From: Eukaryota sp. GEM-RC1
Taxonomy: Eukaryota
Direction of reading: 5' to 3'
Length of the DNA: 64,000 bases
NCBI GenBank assembly: GCA_040285855.1
Contig: JAUFOQ010000002.1
Coordinates: 3,348,001-3,412,000, forward strand
This document shows, piece after piece, positions 29,177-40,703 of the stretch; within the stretch, counting starts at the first letter, position 1; every line of letters begins with the position of its first letter. A program made the translations under genes and the position numbers. Below the pieces are notes generated by a model. It saw nothing but the letters and a program-made list of their open reading frames with translations. It did no database searches and was not told the origin of the DNA.

Positions 29177-30590
29177 GGCCAAAGAAAAAAATCCAGCGTT
29201 CGCAAATTGTTTAATCGATTTGAAGGACAGTTCTTCAGTTGCTTTGATCAACCAAATTCCACAGATTTACGGATTGTTGTTGAACGATCATCATTGAACT
29301 GCAACATTTATACTTCGATGTTTCTTGTGGCCCTCTAATTTACCTAATGATCTTCAATGTTAATCTCTTGAAATCAAAAATTCACAAAATAGTGATTCTG
29401 ATAAGACTTTTGGTAAAAGAAGAGCTGATGTAATAGTTCCATCAGTCAATGATGAACTAACGGTTGTTGTTGTAATTACTGTGGATGTTTGCAAAGAACG
29501 TGCATTTAAGGATGCTAAAATGAAGTGTCTCCACTTGAATTGTCAGAACAATACAAGGGAAACAAGTATGATGTACCATTGACTGCTCTCAAACATACTA
29601 GACATGTTGAGTACGAATTATGTCCATTTGCAATTTCAATTTATGGGGCCAAATCACAAAATCCAGCATTCTCAAATTGTTTAATCGATTTGAAGGACAG
29701 TTCTTCAGTTGCTTTGATCAACCAAATTCCACAGATTTATGGATTGTTGTTGAACGATCATCAATGAACTGCAACATTTATACTTCGGTGTTTCTTGTGG
29801 CCCTCTAATTTACCTAATGATCTTCAATGTAAATCTCTTGAAATCAAAAATTCACAAAACAGTGATTCTGATAAGACTTTTGGTAAAAGAAGAGCTGATG
29901 TAATAGTTCCATCAGTCAATGATGAACTAACAGTTGTTGTTGTTGTAATTACTGTGGATGTTTGCAAAGAACGTGCATTTAAGGATGCTAAAATGAAGTG
30001 TCTCCGCTTGAATTGTCAGAACAATACAAGGGAAACAAGTATGATGTATTATTGACTGCTCTCAAACATACTAGACATGTTGAGTACGAATTATGTCCTT
30101 TTGCAATTTCAATTTATGGGGCCAAATCACAAAATCCAGCGTTCTCAAATTTTTTAATCGTATTGAAGGACAGTTCTTCAGTTGCTTTGATCAACCAAAT
30201 TCCACAGATTTATGGATTTTTGTTGAACGATCATCAATGAACTGCAACATTCATACTTCGATGTTTCTTGTGGCCCTCTAATTTACCTAATGATCTTCAA
30301 TGTAAATCTCTTGAAATCAAAAATTCACAAAATAGTGATTCTGATAAGACTTTTGGTAAAAGAAGAGCTGATGTAATAGTTCCATCAATCAATGATGAAC
30401 TAACGGTTGTTGTTGTACTTACTGTGGATGTTTGCAAAGAACGTGCATTTAAGGATGCTAAAAATGAAGTGTCTCCGCTTCATTTGTCAGAACAATACAA
30501 GGGAAACAAGTATGATGTACCATTGACTGCTCTCAAACATACTAGACATGTTGAGTACGAATTGTGTCCTTTTGCAATTTCAATTTATGG
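29177..30590 (+). repeat. Three tandem copies of the ~470 bp sub-repeat
   Basis: Same junction at ~29647 and ~30120. Confidence 0.92.
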
Positions 30591-31002
30591 TCAACTTGGT
30601 AAAAAGCTCTCTATTTTCTCTCTGATTTTGAGAAAGTTGCCAAAAACAGAATGAACAAGAAATTTGATTTTATGTTTCAGTTTTCAGTTTTGGTTGAATC
30701 GTATCGTTTTTACAATATTTACAACAATTCCTATTATGATATCAAAAGCTCTTTTAGCTCTCAGTATTTTTTATGACGAAAAAGCTTATGTGAGTTTTAA
30801 TGGCATTGACTGTTGCTTTAATGTTATTGAGTTCTAGTTCTTCTGTATATCTTCTCAAAAAGTTGATAAAGGCTCATCCAGAGATTTTGGACTTGCACGT
30901 GGCAGGAATTTGATCTCTGACAGCATCATTAATACAAGTTCCATAAGTAATGAAATTATTGCAACTCAAAAGGTGAGAAAAAGTAACTAATTTACCACAT
31001 TT

Positions 31003-31506
31003 CGTGTTTGTTATCTTTAAAGGTATGGTCACTTCTGTATCTAGCGCTTTATTTTCTCTTGGCAGACATTATGAAGATAAGGTAGGTGAAAATTTCCAGT
31101 TAGGCAATCTGGACTTTGAGGATATTGATTACTAGATGTATGTACACTGTAGTGTTATTGTCTATTACATTTAGAATAAATAATTCGTTTCAAAAAAATG
31201 GACAGAAGAACCATAGTTTAGATACTTTAGTTAGTGTCTGTTAGTTATCAATTTCTGCAAATGCATTGATTTCACTGATTGATCATAAACCCCTTTTTTT
31301 CCTTTTGAGTTGTAACCACAATTCAAACTTGCATTCTCAATGCTGTCAGATGTGTAAGTCCTAAATCTCTTGCTGAGTCTTTATCCACTTTATGGAACAA
31401 AAACAGGAAGAAAAACACAAAAACTAGATCTCAATATCATTAAAGCAACTCTTTGTTTATGGAACAAAAACACTAAGATAAACACAAATACTATTAATCT
31501 AATGAT
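31003..31506 (-). other. ~500 bp in-place inversion within one array unit
   Basis: After ...accacattt the sequence is the reverse complement of the unit segment atcattag...caaacacg. A ~12 nt filler follows, then normal orientation resumes at acgattcg (~31519). Confidence 0.9.
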
Positions 31507-32955
31507 TCATTATTTTTAACGATTCGATTTTTCCAAAATGTAAGATCAAAAGTCCTAGATGTTTTTTTCTTTTACAATTTCATAGTTTGTACGAAGGTTA
31601 CCTTATTGGGTGCTGAATAAACATGTTTCATCTTCACAAAGATTTCAAGTAATAAGTAATAGTAATCTTCTGTCCATCACCGAACAACTTACCTAAAATT
31701 GAATTAAAATATCTGTGAATTAAACAAAAGGTGAGAAAAAGTAACTACAATGTACTGTAATTGGCCATTCAATATCAGATTCAATTTCATACTACCGACA
31801 TACTTCAGACATTCAAAATGTTTTAAAAGGTGTTTTTGGAGTTTCTTAAGAGCAAATTTCAAAGCAGTGATACATCGTTCTGGCATTTCACATATACCGG
31901 CTCGGAAACAAGTTTGCCAAAGGTTAGGTGAAATTAACGACAATTCTTTCATGGCATCACTAGTAGCTTAATTTGACCTGATTCATGTTGCATTTTTGAT
32001 GATCTTTGCTTTTATCGAACAAAAACTGGAACTCAACAACATTAAAGCAAACTCGTCATGCTAAAAAATTGTTATTCAGGAAAAGTAACTCATCTGCTTC
32101 GCTCTCTCCCCCTGTACTTATCTATAACTCCTGTGGAAGCTTTACCAATTCGAACTGACTTTCTTGCATTTTTGTTATCAGTGGATCCTGCTGCATTGAA
32201 CAATCACATCTTCATCTTGGTGGTATTGGTTTCACTTCGTCTAAATGGTGGACCAAATCTACTTTCATTGGTGGTGGTAAGAATTTTGTCTTTGAGTTCT
32301 GTAGACGTTACCCAAGTCAAGAAAATCTTCTTGTTTCGACAAGTAGTGTTTTCTTGGTAAATTGAGATCCTAATTATCGCTAATTTCACCTGGCCTCTGG
32401 CAAACTTGTTTTCCAGCAGATATTTGTGAAATACCGGAACGATGTGTCACTTCTTTAATTTTTGGTCCTAAGAAACTCCAAAAACACCTTCTAAAACATT
32501 TTGAATGTCTGGATTTTCAAATTCGGCTTGGCTCGGTTTTGGTTGAATCGTATTGTTTTTACAATATTTAAAACAATTCCTATCATGATTTCAAAAGCTC
32601 TATTAGCTCTGAGTGTTTTTTATGAAGAAAAAGCTGATGTGAGTTTTAATGGCAATGATTGTTACTTTAATGATATTGAGTTAAAATCATAAAAAATATA
32701 TAGGAAAAAAAAACTTGGCTCGGCCAAAGAAAAAAATCCAGCGTTCGCAAATTGTTTAATCGATTTGAAGGACAGTTCTTCAGTTGCTTTGATCAACCAA
32801 ATTCCACAGATTTACGGATTGTTGTTGAACGATCATCATTGAACTGCAACATTTATACTTCGATGTTTCTTGTGGCCCTCTAATTTACCTAATGATCTTC
32901 AATGTTAATCTCTTGAAATCAAAAATTCACAAAATAGTGATTCTGATAAGACTTT

Positions 32956-33330
32956 AGAGAGAGATGTTTATTCGGCACCCAATAAGGTAACCTTTCTACA
33001 AACTATGAAATTGTAAAAACAAACAAATAATACTAAGATTAAATCCAAACGACTTCATCACCACCCGGTAAAAGATTACGTTTATGTACATGAACCTTCA
33101 CACCAAACTTGTACAATTTCTCAATTAATCTAGAGAAATAGAAAGGCATATTCCGATATATGGAAAACACTATACGGTTTTTCCATTCAGCCATTCTAAA
33201 CTTACGCTTCTTTTCTTTACACAATTCTTCGAAATCCTTGAAAAATTGATCACCAGCAGGACTAATAGATCCAAAAGAGAAACAGCAAAAGATTGAAACA
33301 CAAATTTGGAATATGAGTTTCTATTTATTT
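32956..33330 (-). mobile_element. Lineage-D RLE retrotransposon 3' end, single post-amplification insertion with a (TC)n tail
   Basis: 7-bp TSD agacttt at 32949-32955 and 33331-33337. The minus strand reads FQSFAVS-/-GSISPAGDQFFKDFEELCKEKKRKFRMAEWKNRIVFSIY..VVWI*, ending AATAAAcatctctctct. Confidence 0.82.
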
Positions 33331-34184
33331 AGACTTTTGGTAAAAGAAGAGCTGATGTAATAGTTCCATCAGTCAATGATGAACTAACGGTTGTTGTTGT
33401 AATTACTGTGGATGTTTGCAAAGAACGTGCATTTAAGGATGCTAAAAATGAAGTGTCTCCGCTTCATTTGTCAGAACAATACAAGGGAAACAAGTATGAT
33501 GTACCATTGACTGCTCTCAAACATACTGGACATGTTGAGTACGAATTATGTCCTTTTGCGATTTCAATTTAAGGTCAACTTGGTAAAATGCTCTCTATTT
33601 TCTCTCTGATTTTGAGAAAGTTGCCAAAAACAGAATGAACAAGAAATTTGATTTTATGTTTCAGTTTGGTTGAATCGTATCGTTTTTACAATATTTACAA
33701 CAATTCCTATTATGATATCAAAAGCTCTTTTAGCTCTCAGTATTTTTTTATGACGAAAAAGCTTATGTGAGTTTTAATGGCATTGACTGTTGCTTTAATG
33801 TTATTGAGTTCTAGTTCTTGTGTATATCTTCTCAAAAGTTGATAAAGGTTCATCCAGAGATTTAGGACTTGCACATGGCAGGAATTTGATCTCTGACAGC
33901 ATCATTAATACAAGTTCCATAAGTAATGAAATTATTGCAACTCAAAAGGTGAGAAAAAGTAACTAATTTACCCAGTGTTGTACCATGACGGCCATAACTG
34001 CCATGCGCGCCATGCGTTCCATGCGTCCATAGGCGCATGGCATTTTCTGATTATGGCCGTGTTGTTATGGCGTGTTAACACGTGTTGTTATTCCAACAAT
34101 GACACTGTACTACATGAGCATGTACAGTTGTTCTATGATACGTATACTTAAAGAATGTTATTTATTAAACCTATATAAAGAGCT

Positions 34185-34547
34185 CTAATAGTCATAATCG
34201 CTATCCATGCTGTATTCTATCCATCTTTGTTTCATAAGACCAGCTTGTTTCTGGAATTTGGAATTAAAGTGCACATACACTAACTTCTTAGCTCTTTCGG
34301 TGGTGAGCCGGTTCCTTCTGTTTGAGTGAATAAAAGAATAGGAACTCCAAACCCTTTCACATGCTCCTGCTGAACATACTTGTGAGATTAACTTAATGGC
34401 AAGCTTCTTGACTACACAGGCTGTTGTACCATTTGATTTCCAACATGTAACAGGAGTAACAGAATCATCAAAATCAGAACTCGATTCAAATTGATTGTGA
34501 AATGAATTGTATGAGAACAGACTTGCACTTACAAACCAATAATACAT
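34185..34547 (-). pseudogene. hAT transposase C-terminal dimerisation-domain remnant
   Basis: WKS..LAIKLISQVCSAGACERVWSSYSFIHSNRRNRLTTERAKKLVYVHFN matches the hAT C-terminal S..CER.(W/F)S..RNRL motif. Confidence 0.88.
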
Positions 34548-34640
34548 ACTGAGATATATCGATATCAGGGCTGTCTAAAAATTAATTTCCCCGTAAATTA
34601 ATTTTTAATTTTGGTTCCATAAAATACCGTAAATTGAGAA

Positions 34641-34840
34641 TTACGGAAATTAATTTACGGAACTCCAACATTACGGAAATTAATTTACGGTTTCAGATTA
34701 TTACGGAAATTAATTTACGGAACTTGAACATTACGGAAATTAATTTACGGTTTTAGATTGTTACGGAAATTAATTTACGGTTTCAAATTATTACGGAAAT
34801 TAATTTACGGAACTTGAACATTACGGAAATTAATTTACGG
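34641..34840 (+). repeat. Left subterminal array: 7 x ttacggaaattaatttacgg at an exact 30-bp period
   Basis: Copies start at 34641, 34671, 34701, 34731, 34761, 34791 and 34821, with variable 10-nt spacers. Confidence 0.95.
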
Positions 34841-34988
34841 AACGTATTACCAATAAAATCAATACACATCAAAATCAATCTCAATTATTCAAAAATGTAG
34901 ATAAAGGTGTTGTTATCTATTGGCTTTACAGACAATTGTCCAATCCATGAGAGCAGGTAGTAATTGCGAATTTGTATAGTCCTTCTTC

Positions 34989-36639
34989 ATGACTAGAGTA
35001 TCCAAACACCACGCTACTATAGCTCACTTCTTCACCCAACATGATAGGTCTGATATCATTCCTTCAGGAAATCACACACGTGAGGGATCTCTCTTCTACA
35101 CATGCAAGATATGTGACCCTGTCTATGGTTTGTGGATTTTAAAAGGTAAGGGTTATTCTAATTTGACCTATCACTTGAAAGCCAAGCATTCTGAGGAGGT
35201 AGTCATCTTCAATGAGCAATTCACCGATTACTAATTATACTAATGTTGTTGCATCAAAAAGGCACGTAATATATTTGGATGGGTAGAGAAGTACATTGAG
35301 CAGCAACTCCCATTATCTTTTGTTGGACATCCTATGGAAAGAAAATACTCAAAACTTGAACCTATTTCTCGAACCACCTTGTCTAAGTACGTTACTCGTC
35401 TATACACTGAAGTTTTGCAAGAAATGCAATCTTTGTTACCACCTAGCTTTGGTCTTATGTACGACGGTTGGAAACATGGACCTACGTCAACAGAATATGT
35501 TGGAATATTTGCATGGGTTGCCAAAGATCACAGACCTATTCTGTTGGGAATGGTTCCTTTTAAGTATGAAAATGATGAAGAAGAATCTGGAATCTTAGAT
35601 ACTCGCAGAGTATTGCTTGGTGCTGATAATTATGAATGTATTATTTCCACAATCCTATCTGCTTTTGGACGCGAATTTCAAAACATCGATTTCGTTGTAG
35701 CTGACAATGCTGAAGTAAACTCAAGGCTTTCTCGTCAAAATGATGTACCAATGATAGGATGCTACAGCCACAGATTAGCCCTAGAAATTAAGCTCTTTCT
35801 GGAACCTTTTAAACCGCTACTTGAAAAATTGATGCTTTGTTCACCACAATGCGCACTGTTAAATGTGCAATGATCTTAAAGCATCTTACTTCTTTAAAGC
35901 CGGTTAAAAGAAACACTACTAGATGGTCTTCCACTTTTGAAATGCTAAAACGCTACCTCAGATTTCTTGAACTTGATGTATTTGCCAGGTTTGATTCTCA
36001 TATCAGACGTATGTTACCTTCACCTGATGAAGATCGTACTGCTTCATTATTGTTCTTCGATCTACAGAAAATGGAGCTTTTCACTCAAAGACTCCAGACA
36101 CAGGGATTGAATCTGTTATCTGGTCAAAGAATTTTTGATTTATTTCACACAGAATTTCCTGACCTTACACACTACACTGCTCGAACTTCCGAGATAGTGA
36201 ATGCTCCTGTTTTTGAATCAGCTGTAGGAAAAGTTTTGGAAGGAAATGAATTCCTGTTATCAGAACCTGAAAAAACTATTCTTATCCCCTTTTAAAAGAT
36301 GCTGCAGCTGGTGCTAGACGAACTTCTAGATGCTTACAAACTGAGCTTGACAATGTTGATACCATTGCTAACGGGCCTGTATCCGACTATAGAGATTTAA
36401 GTTGGATACCATGTACATCCAATGATGTCGAAAGGCTCTTTTCTCGCTCAAAGAGAACAATTGGTGATTACAGATGCTCCATGTCTTCCGCCACTCTTGA
36501 AAAACAGCTTTTTTTGTTGTACAACCGACATTATTGGGGTGTTGAAACTATCCAAAAGGTACTGGTTTTGCATCAGAATGATGATGATGATTCGGAGGAC
36601 GAACAATCTACATCAGATGTTGATTTGGATTCTGATTAA
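34989..36639 (+). pseudogene. hAT transposase, all domains present but frameshifted at ~35.23-35.27 kb, ~35.84 kb and ~36.29 kb
   Basis: BED finger YTCKIC..GYSNLTYHLKAKH; KARNIFGW..LPLSFV; YDGW (D1); VADNA (D2); GCYSHRL (CxxH); NTTRWSSTFEMLKRY; WIPCTSNDVERLFSRSK (E); stop TAA at 36637-36639. Confidence 0.92.
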
Positions 36640-37351
36640 CATACCAGTATTCTTTGCTTTTTCCTATTTTTAGTCATGTCATAGTCTTTCTCTTTTGTTA
36701 TAATCTTCGCTCTCAATACACTTCATAACATTCTTGTTCTCAATAGTTTCTTCTTAGATCATCTCAAGAGATTGAGTTTGAGTACTGGCTTTGCACTTCA
36801 CAGACGATATAGTTCTTGAACAATCAGAGTTTGACAGGCACATCTTATTCGTAGTCAAACAGTGCAATGAACTTTATTTGCAACAGAAATGGATGTGTTT
36901 TACAATACAAGCAATGCCGTAAAAGCTGAAAGTCTGTCAATCTATCAGATCAGTGGGAAGTCGATTAGTCATAGATTCAGGAGAGAATGAAACATGCGTC
37001 TGACATTGTGTTTGAAGTTTCTAACATGAAACCCGTTGTGCTAAGCAGAAAGATCAAGTTTCAAGCACACGAATGTAATTGCAAATGATGCTGGAAATGG
37101 AAGATCAGAACCTGGAAGACTTAAGTGTGGATAGCTACAAGATAGAAGGACACGTTACAGTGTTTGAGCATATGTATAAGGAAAGTATGGAAATACAAAT
37201 GATTTTTTTTGTGACAAATCACAAGTTCCAATTTTGTCCAGCTCTGTAGACTAGATAATTATTGTTTGATAGTAAGGTGTATTGAAAATTTGGGTATTGA
37301 AATTTCAGTATTCATGCGCCTCCAGGACGTCATTTAGGGCTTTCTGATAAA

Positions 37352-37578
37352 TTACGGAAATTAATTTACGGTTTTGAATTGTTACGGAAATTAATTTACG
37401 GCTAAATCTATTACGGAAATTAATTTACGGTTTTGAATTGTTACGGAAATTAATTTACGGCTAAATCTATTACGGAAATTAATTTACGGTTTTGAATTGT
37501 TACGGAAATTAATTTACGGGTTGGATTGGTTACGGAAATTAATTTATGGTTTAGTGTCATCGCAAAATTAATTTACGG
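37352..37578 (+). repeat. Right subterminal array: ~8 copies of the same 20-mer at a 29-30 bp period
   Basis: Copies at 37352, 37382, 37411, 37441, 37470, 37500, 37530 and a degenerate one at ~37560. Spacers mostly alternate ttttgaattg / ctaaatcta. Confidence 0.93.
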
Positions 37579-39445
37579 TTCAATTTTTAGACAGCCCTGA
37601 TCGATATGTCTTCATTTACGTGATATCTACTAACTTGGTTGGATATCGAAAATATTGCCAATGCGCCATGCGTATTTTCGCGCCATGCGTCCGAAAGCCA
37701 TGACCCATACGCCATAGGCGCATGGCATTTGAAAATTCGGTTATGGTACAACACTGAATTTACCACATTTACATTGAAAATCATTAGGTTAATAGTATTT
37801 GTGTTTATCTTGGTGTTTTTGTTCCATAAACAAAGAGTTGCTTTAATGATATTGAGATCTAGTTTTTGTGTTTTTCTTCCTGTTTTTGTTTCATAAAGTG
37901 GATAAAGACTCAGCAAGAGATTTAGGACTTACACATCTGACAGCATTGAGACTGCAAGTTTGAATTGTGGTTACAACTCAAAAGGAAAAACGGGGTTTAT
38001 GATCAATCAGTGAAATCAATGCATTTGCAGAAATTAATAACTAACATACACTAACTAAAGTATCTAAACTATGGTTCTTCTGTCCATCACCGAACAACTT
38101 ACCTAAAATTGAATCAAAATATCTGTGTATTAAACAAATGGTGAGAAAAAGTAACTACAATGTACTGTAATTGGCCATTCAATATCAGATTCCATCAGAT
38201 GCCATTTCATATTACCGACATACTTCAGACATTCAAAATGTTTTAAAAGGTGTTTTTGGAGTTTCTTAAGAGCAAATTTCAAAGCGGTGATACATCGTTC
38301 TGGCATTTCACATATACCAGCTCGGAAACAAGTTTGCCAAAGGTCAGGTGAAATTGACGACAATTCTTCCATTGCATCACTAGTAGCTTAATTTGACCTG
38401 ATTCGTGTTACATTTTGATGATCTTTGTATTTATCGAACAAAAACTGGAACTCAACAACATTAAAGCAAACTCGTCATGCTAAAAATTTGTTATTAAGGA
38501 AAAGTAACTCATCTGCTTCGCTCTCTCCCCCTGTACTTATCTATAACTCCTGTGGAAGCTTTACCAATTCGAACTGACTTTCTTGCATTTTTTGTTATCA
38601 GTGGATCCTGGTGCATTGAACAATCACATCTTCATCTTGGTGGTATTGGTTTCACTTCGTCTAAATGGTGGACCAAATCTACTTTCATTGGTGGTGGTAA
38701 GAATTTTGTCTTTGAGTTCTGTAGACGTTACCCAAGTCGAGAAAATCTTCTTGTTTCGACAATTAGTTTTTTCTTGGTAAATTTGAGATCCGAATTATCG
38801 CTAATTTCACCTAGCCTCTGACAAACTTGTTTCCCAGCAGATATTTGTGAAATACCAGAACGATGTGTCACTTCTTCAATTTTTGGTCCTAAGAAACTCC
38901 AAAAACACCTTCTAAAACATTTTGAATGTCTGGATTTTCAAATTCGACTTGGCTCGGTTTTGGTTGAATCGTATTGTTTTTACAATATTTAAAACAATTC
39001 CTATCATGATTTCAAAAGCTCTATTAGCTCTCAGTGTTTTTTATGAAGAAAAAAGCTGATGTGAGTTTTAATGGCAATGATTGTTGCTTTAATGATATTG
39101 AGTTCTAGTTCTTCTGTATATCTTCTCAAAAAGTTGACAAAGGCTCATCCAGAGATTTAGGACTTGCACGTGGCAGGAATTTGATCTCTGACAGCATCAT
39201 TAATACAAGTTCCATAAGTAATGAAATTATTGCAACTCAAAAGGTGAGAAAAAGTAACTAATTTACCACATTTACATTGAAGATCATTAGGTTAATAGTA
39301 TTTGTGTTTATCTTGGTGTTTTTGTTCCATAAACAAAGAGTTGCTTTAATGATATTGAGATCTAGTTTTTGTGTTTTTCTTCCTGTTTTTGTTCCATTAA
39401 ATTTAAAAGTGGATAAAGACTCAGCAAGAGATTTAGGACTTACAC

Positions 39446-40703
39446 TAGAGCTGGGCACAGACTGACTAGACTAGACTAAGACTACAACAACTGACTACCG
39501 ACTAGACTACAGACTACACCAATAGACTATAGACTAGACTAAGACTAAAGTAACTGACTACCGACTAGACTACAGACTACAGTATTAGACTACAGACTAG
39601 ACTAAGACTACACCACCAGACTACGGACTAGACTAAGACGAGAGAAATACACTAAATAGTAGACTAAATAGTTTTGTCCGAACATGAATTTATAACAAGA
39701 AATTCTACTGAAATACTAGAAGTCGAATACATCGAAGCCACCATCAGCCCAAGATTTTAAACAAACAAGTGCTCTCAGCGTTTCAGCTTCCATGGAAGCT
39801 CTTCGTGAAACAATTGTCTGACCTGCAAGAGAAAACAGTCGTTCACATGCCACAGATGTTCCTTGGCAACTAAGAAAATCCCTTGCAAGTCTTGCAAGTG
39901 TAGGAAATGTTGATTCATTGCTCTTCCACCACAGCAAAACGTCAGTTTTCCAACAGACATTGGGGTAACTCATATAGGTTTCCAACTCTGCGCTTTGGTT
40001 AGGCCTTTCCGACTGTTCCTGTGTTTCAAGAAATCCTTCACTATTGGATGATACAACAACAACATCAGATTCGGCTTTGTAATAAGTATCAATAACAAGG
40101 TCCAGCATTTCTTTGAATTCCCGCGGAGTATCAAATCGATGTAGGTTGGCTAACCTACATCTTGGATCTAAAACTGCACAGACATATGCAGAAAAGTCAT
40201 AAACATCACCTAGGTACTTAAGCAATACAGTTTCAATTTTGCTACAAGCGAAGGAAATGAGAGCTTCTTAGGGACAGACAATGTGGGTTGAGAGTTCACC
40301 AAGTAGTTCTGCCAGTTTCTGTGGCTGTCAAGGTGCAGCTTAAGAACAGTTTGGGACGTTGACAAAGCAAATACTGTAGTTTTTCCATCCAACGCACAAA
40401 GGAGGCAGTGCTTCTGATTGCCACTTGCTGCTGGCTTATAGAATTGGTGACCGTTCCATCGCTGTTTTGGAGACAATGGTTGTAGAGAAAGTCTGGGCAG
40501 TTTTTCGGGAGGTTCAGACATTATGTTAAAAATAGTAGACTAATGATCACACTAATTTATTATGAACAGACTACAGACTAGACTACTGACTTAATGAACA
40601 GACTACGGACTAGACTAAGACTAAGTGAGTAGACTAAGATTTAGACTAAAAGCTTAGTCTAGTCCGTAGTCAGTAGACTAGTCTAGTCGAATGCCCAGCT
40701 CTA
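39446..40703 (-). mobile_element. Internally deleted hAT transposon (1258 bp)
   Basis: 8-bp TSD acttacac (39438-39445, 40704-40711); 12-bp TIR tagagctgggca; dense GACTA-based subterminal repeats at both ends. Confidence 0.95.
39716..40521 (-). pseudogene. hAT transposase deletion derivative: N-terminal BED-like finger joined to the C-terminal dimerisation domain, central D..D core missing
   Basis: 40521-40210 reads W..F..HCLLC..TSQTVLKLHLDSH. 40225-39716 reads LDPR..ELETYM..DVLLWWKSNESTFPTLARLARDFLSCQGTSVACERLFSLAG. Confidence 0.9.

Larger units (their letters stand above)
34566..37599 (+). mobile_element. Full-length hAT DNA transposon (3034 bp) nested in the outer hAT
   Basis: 8-bp TSD atcgatat (34558-34565, 37600-37607); perfect 18-bp TIR cagggctgtctaaaaatt; transposase inside. 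Confidence 0.96.
33973..37756 (-). mobile_element. Non-autonomous hAT DNA transposon (outer element, ~0.74 kb without the nested insert)
   Basis: 8-bp TSD aatttacc (33965-33972, 37757-37764); TIR cagtgttgtaccat(g/a)ac; gcgccatgcg-type subterminal motifs at both ends. Confidence 0.95.

Noticed and set aside
34641..34840. CRISPR-like repeat-spacer appearance
   Set aside because: Spacers are only 9-10 nt and recur, there are no cas genes, and the arrays lie just inside hAT TIRs, so they are subterminal repeats.
36640..37330. Possible second gene inside the inner hAT
   Set aside because: No sizeable ORF or recognisable motif on either strand.
37587..37916. ORFs 37587-37916 (-) and 37639-37896 (+), the latter with a hydrophobic stretch
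   Set aside because: They span the hAT end and array junction, and the hydrophobicity comes from T-rich UTR sequence.
39460..39640. GACTA repeats as telomeric repeats
   Set aside because: They are irregular, internal, and confined between a TIR pair with an 8-bp TSD.
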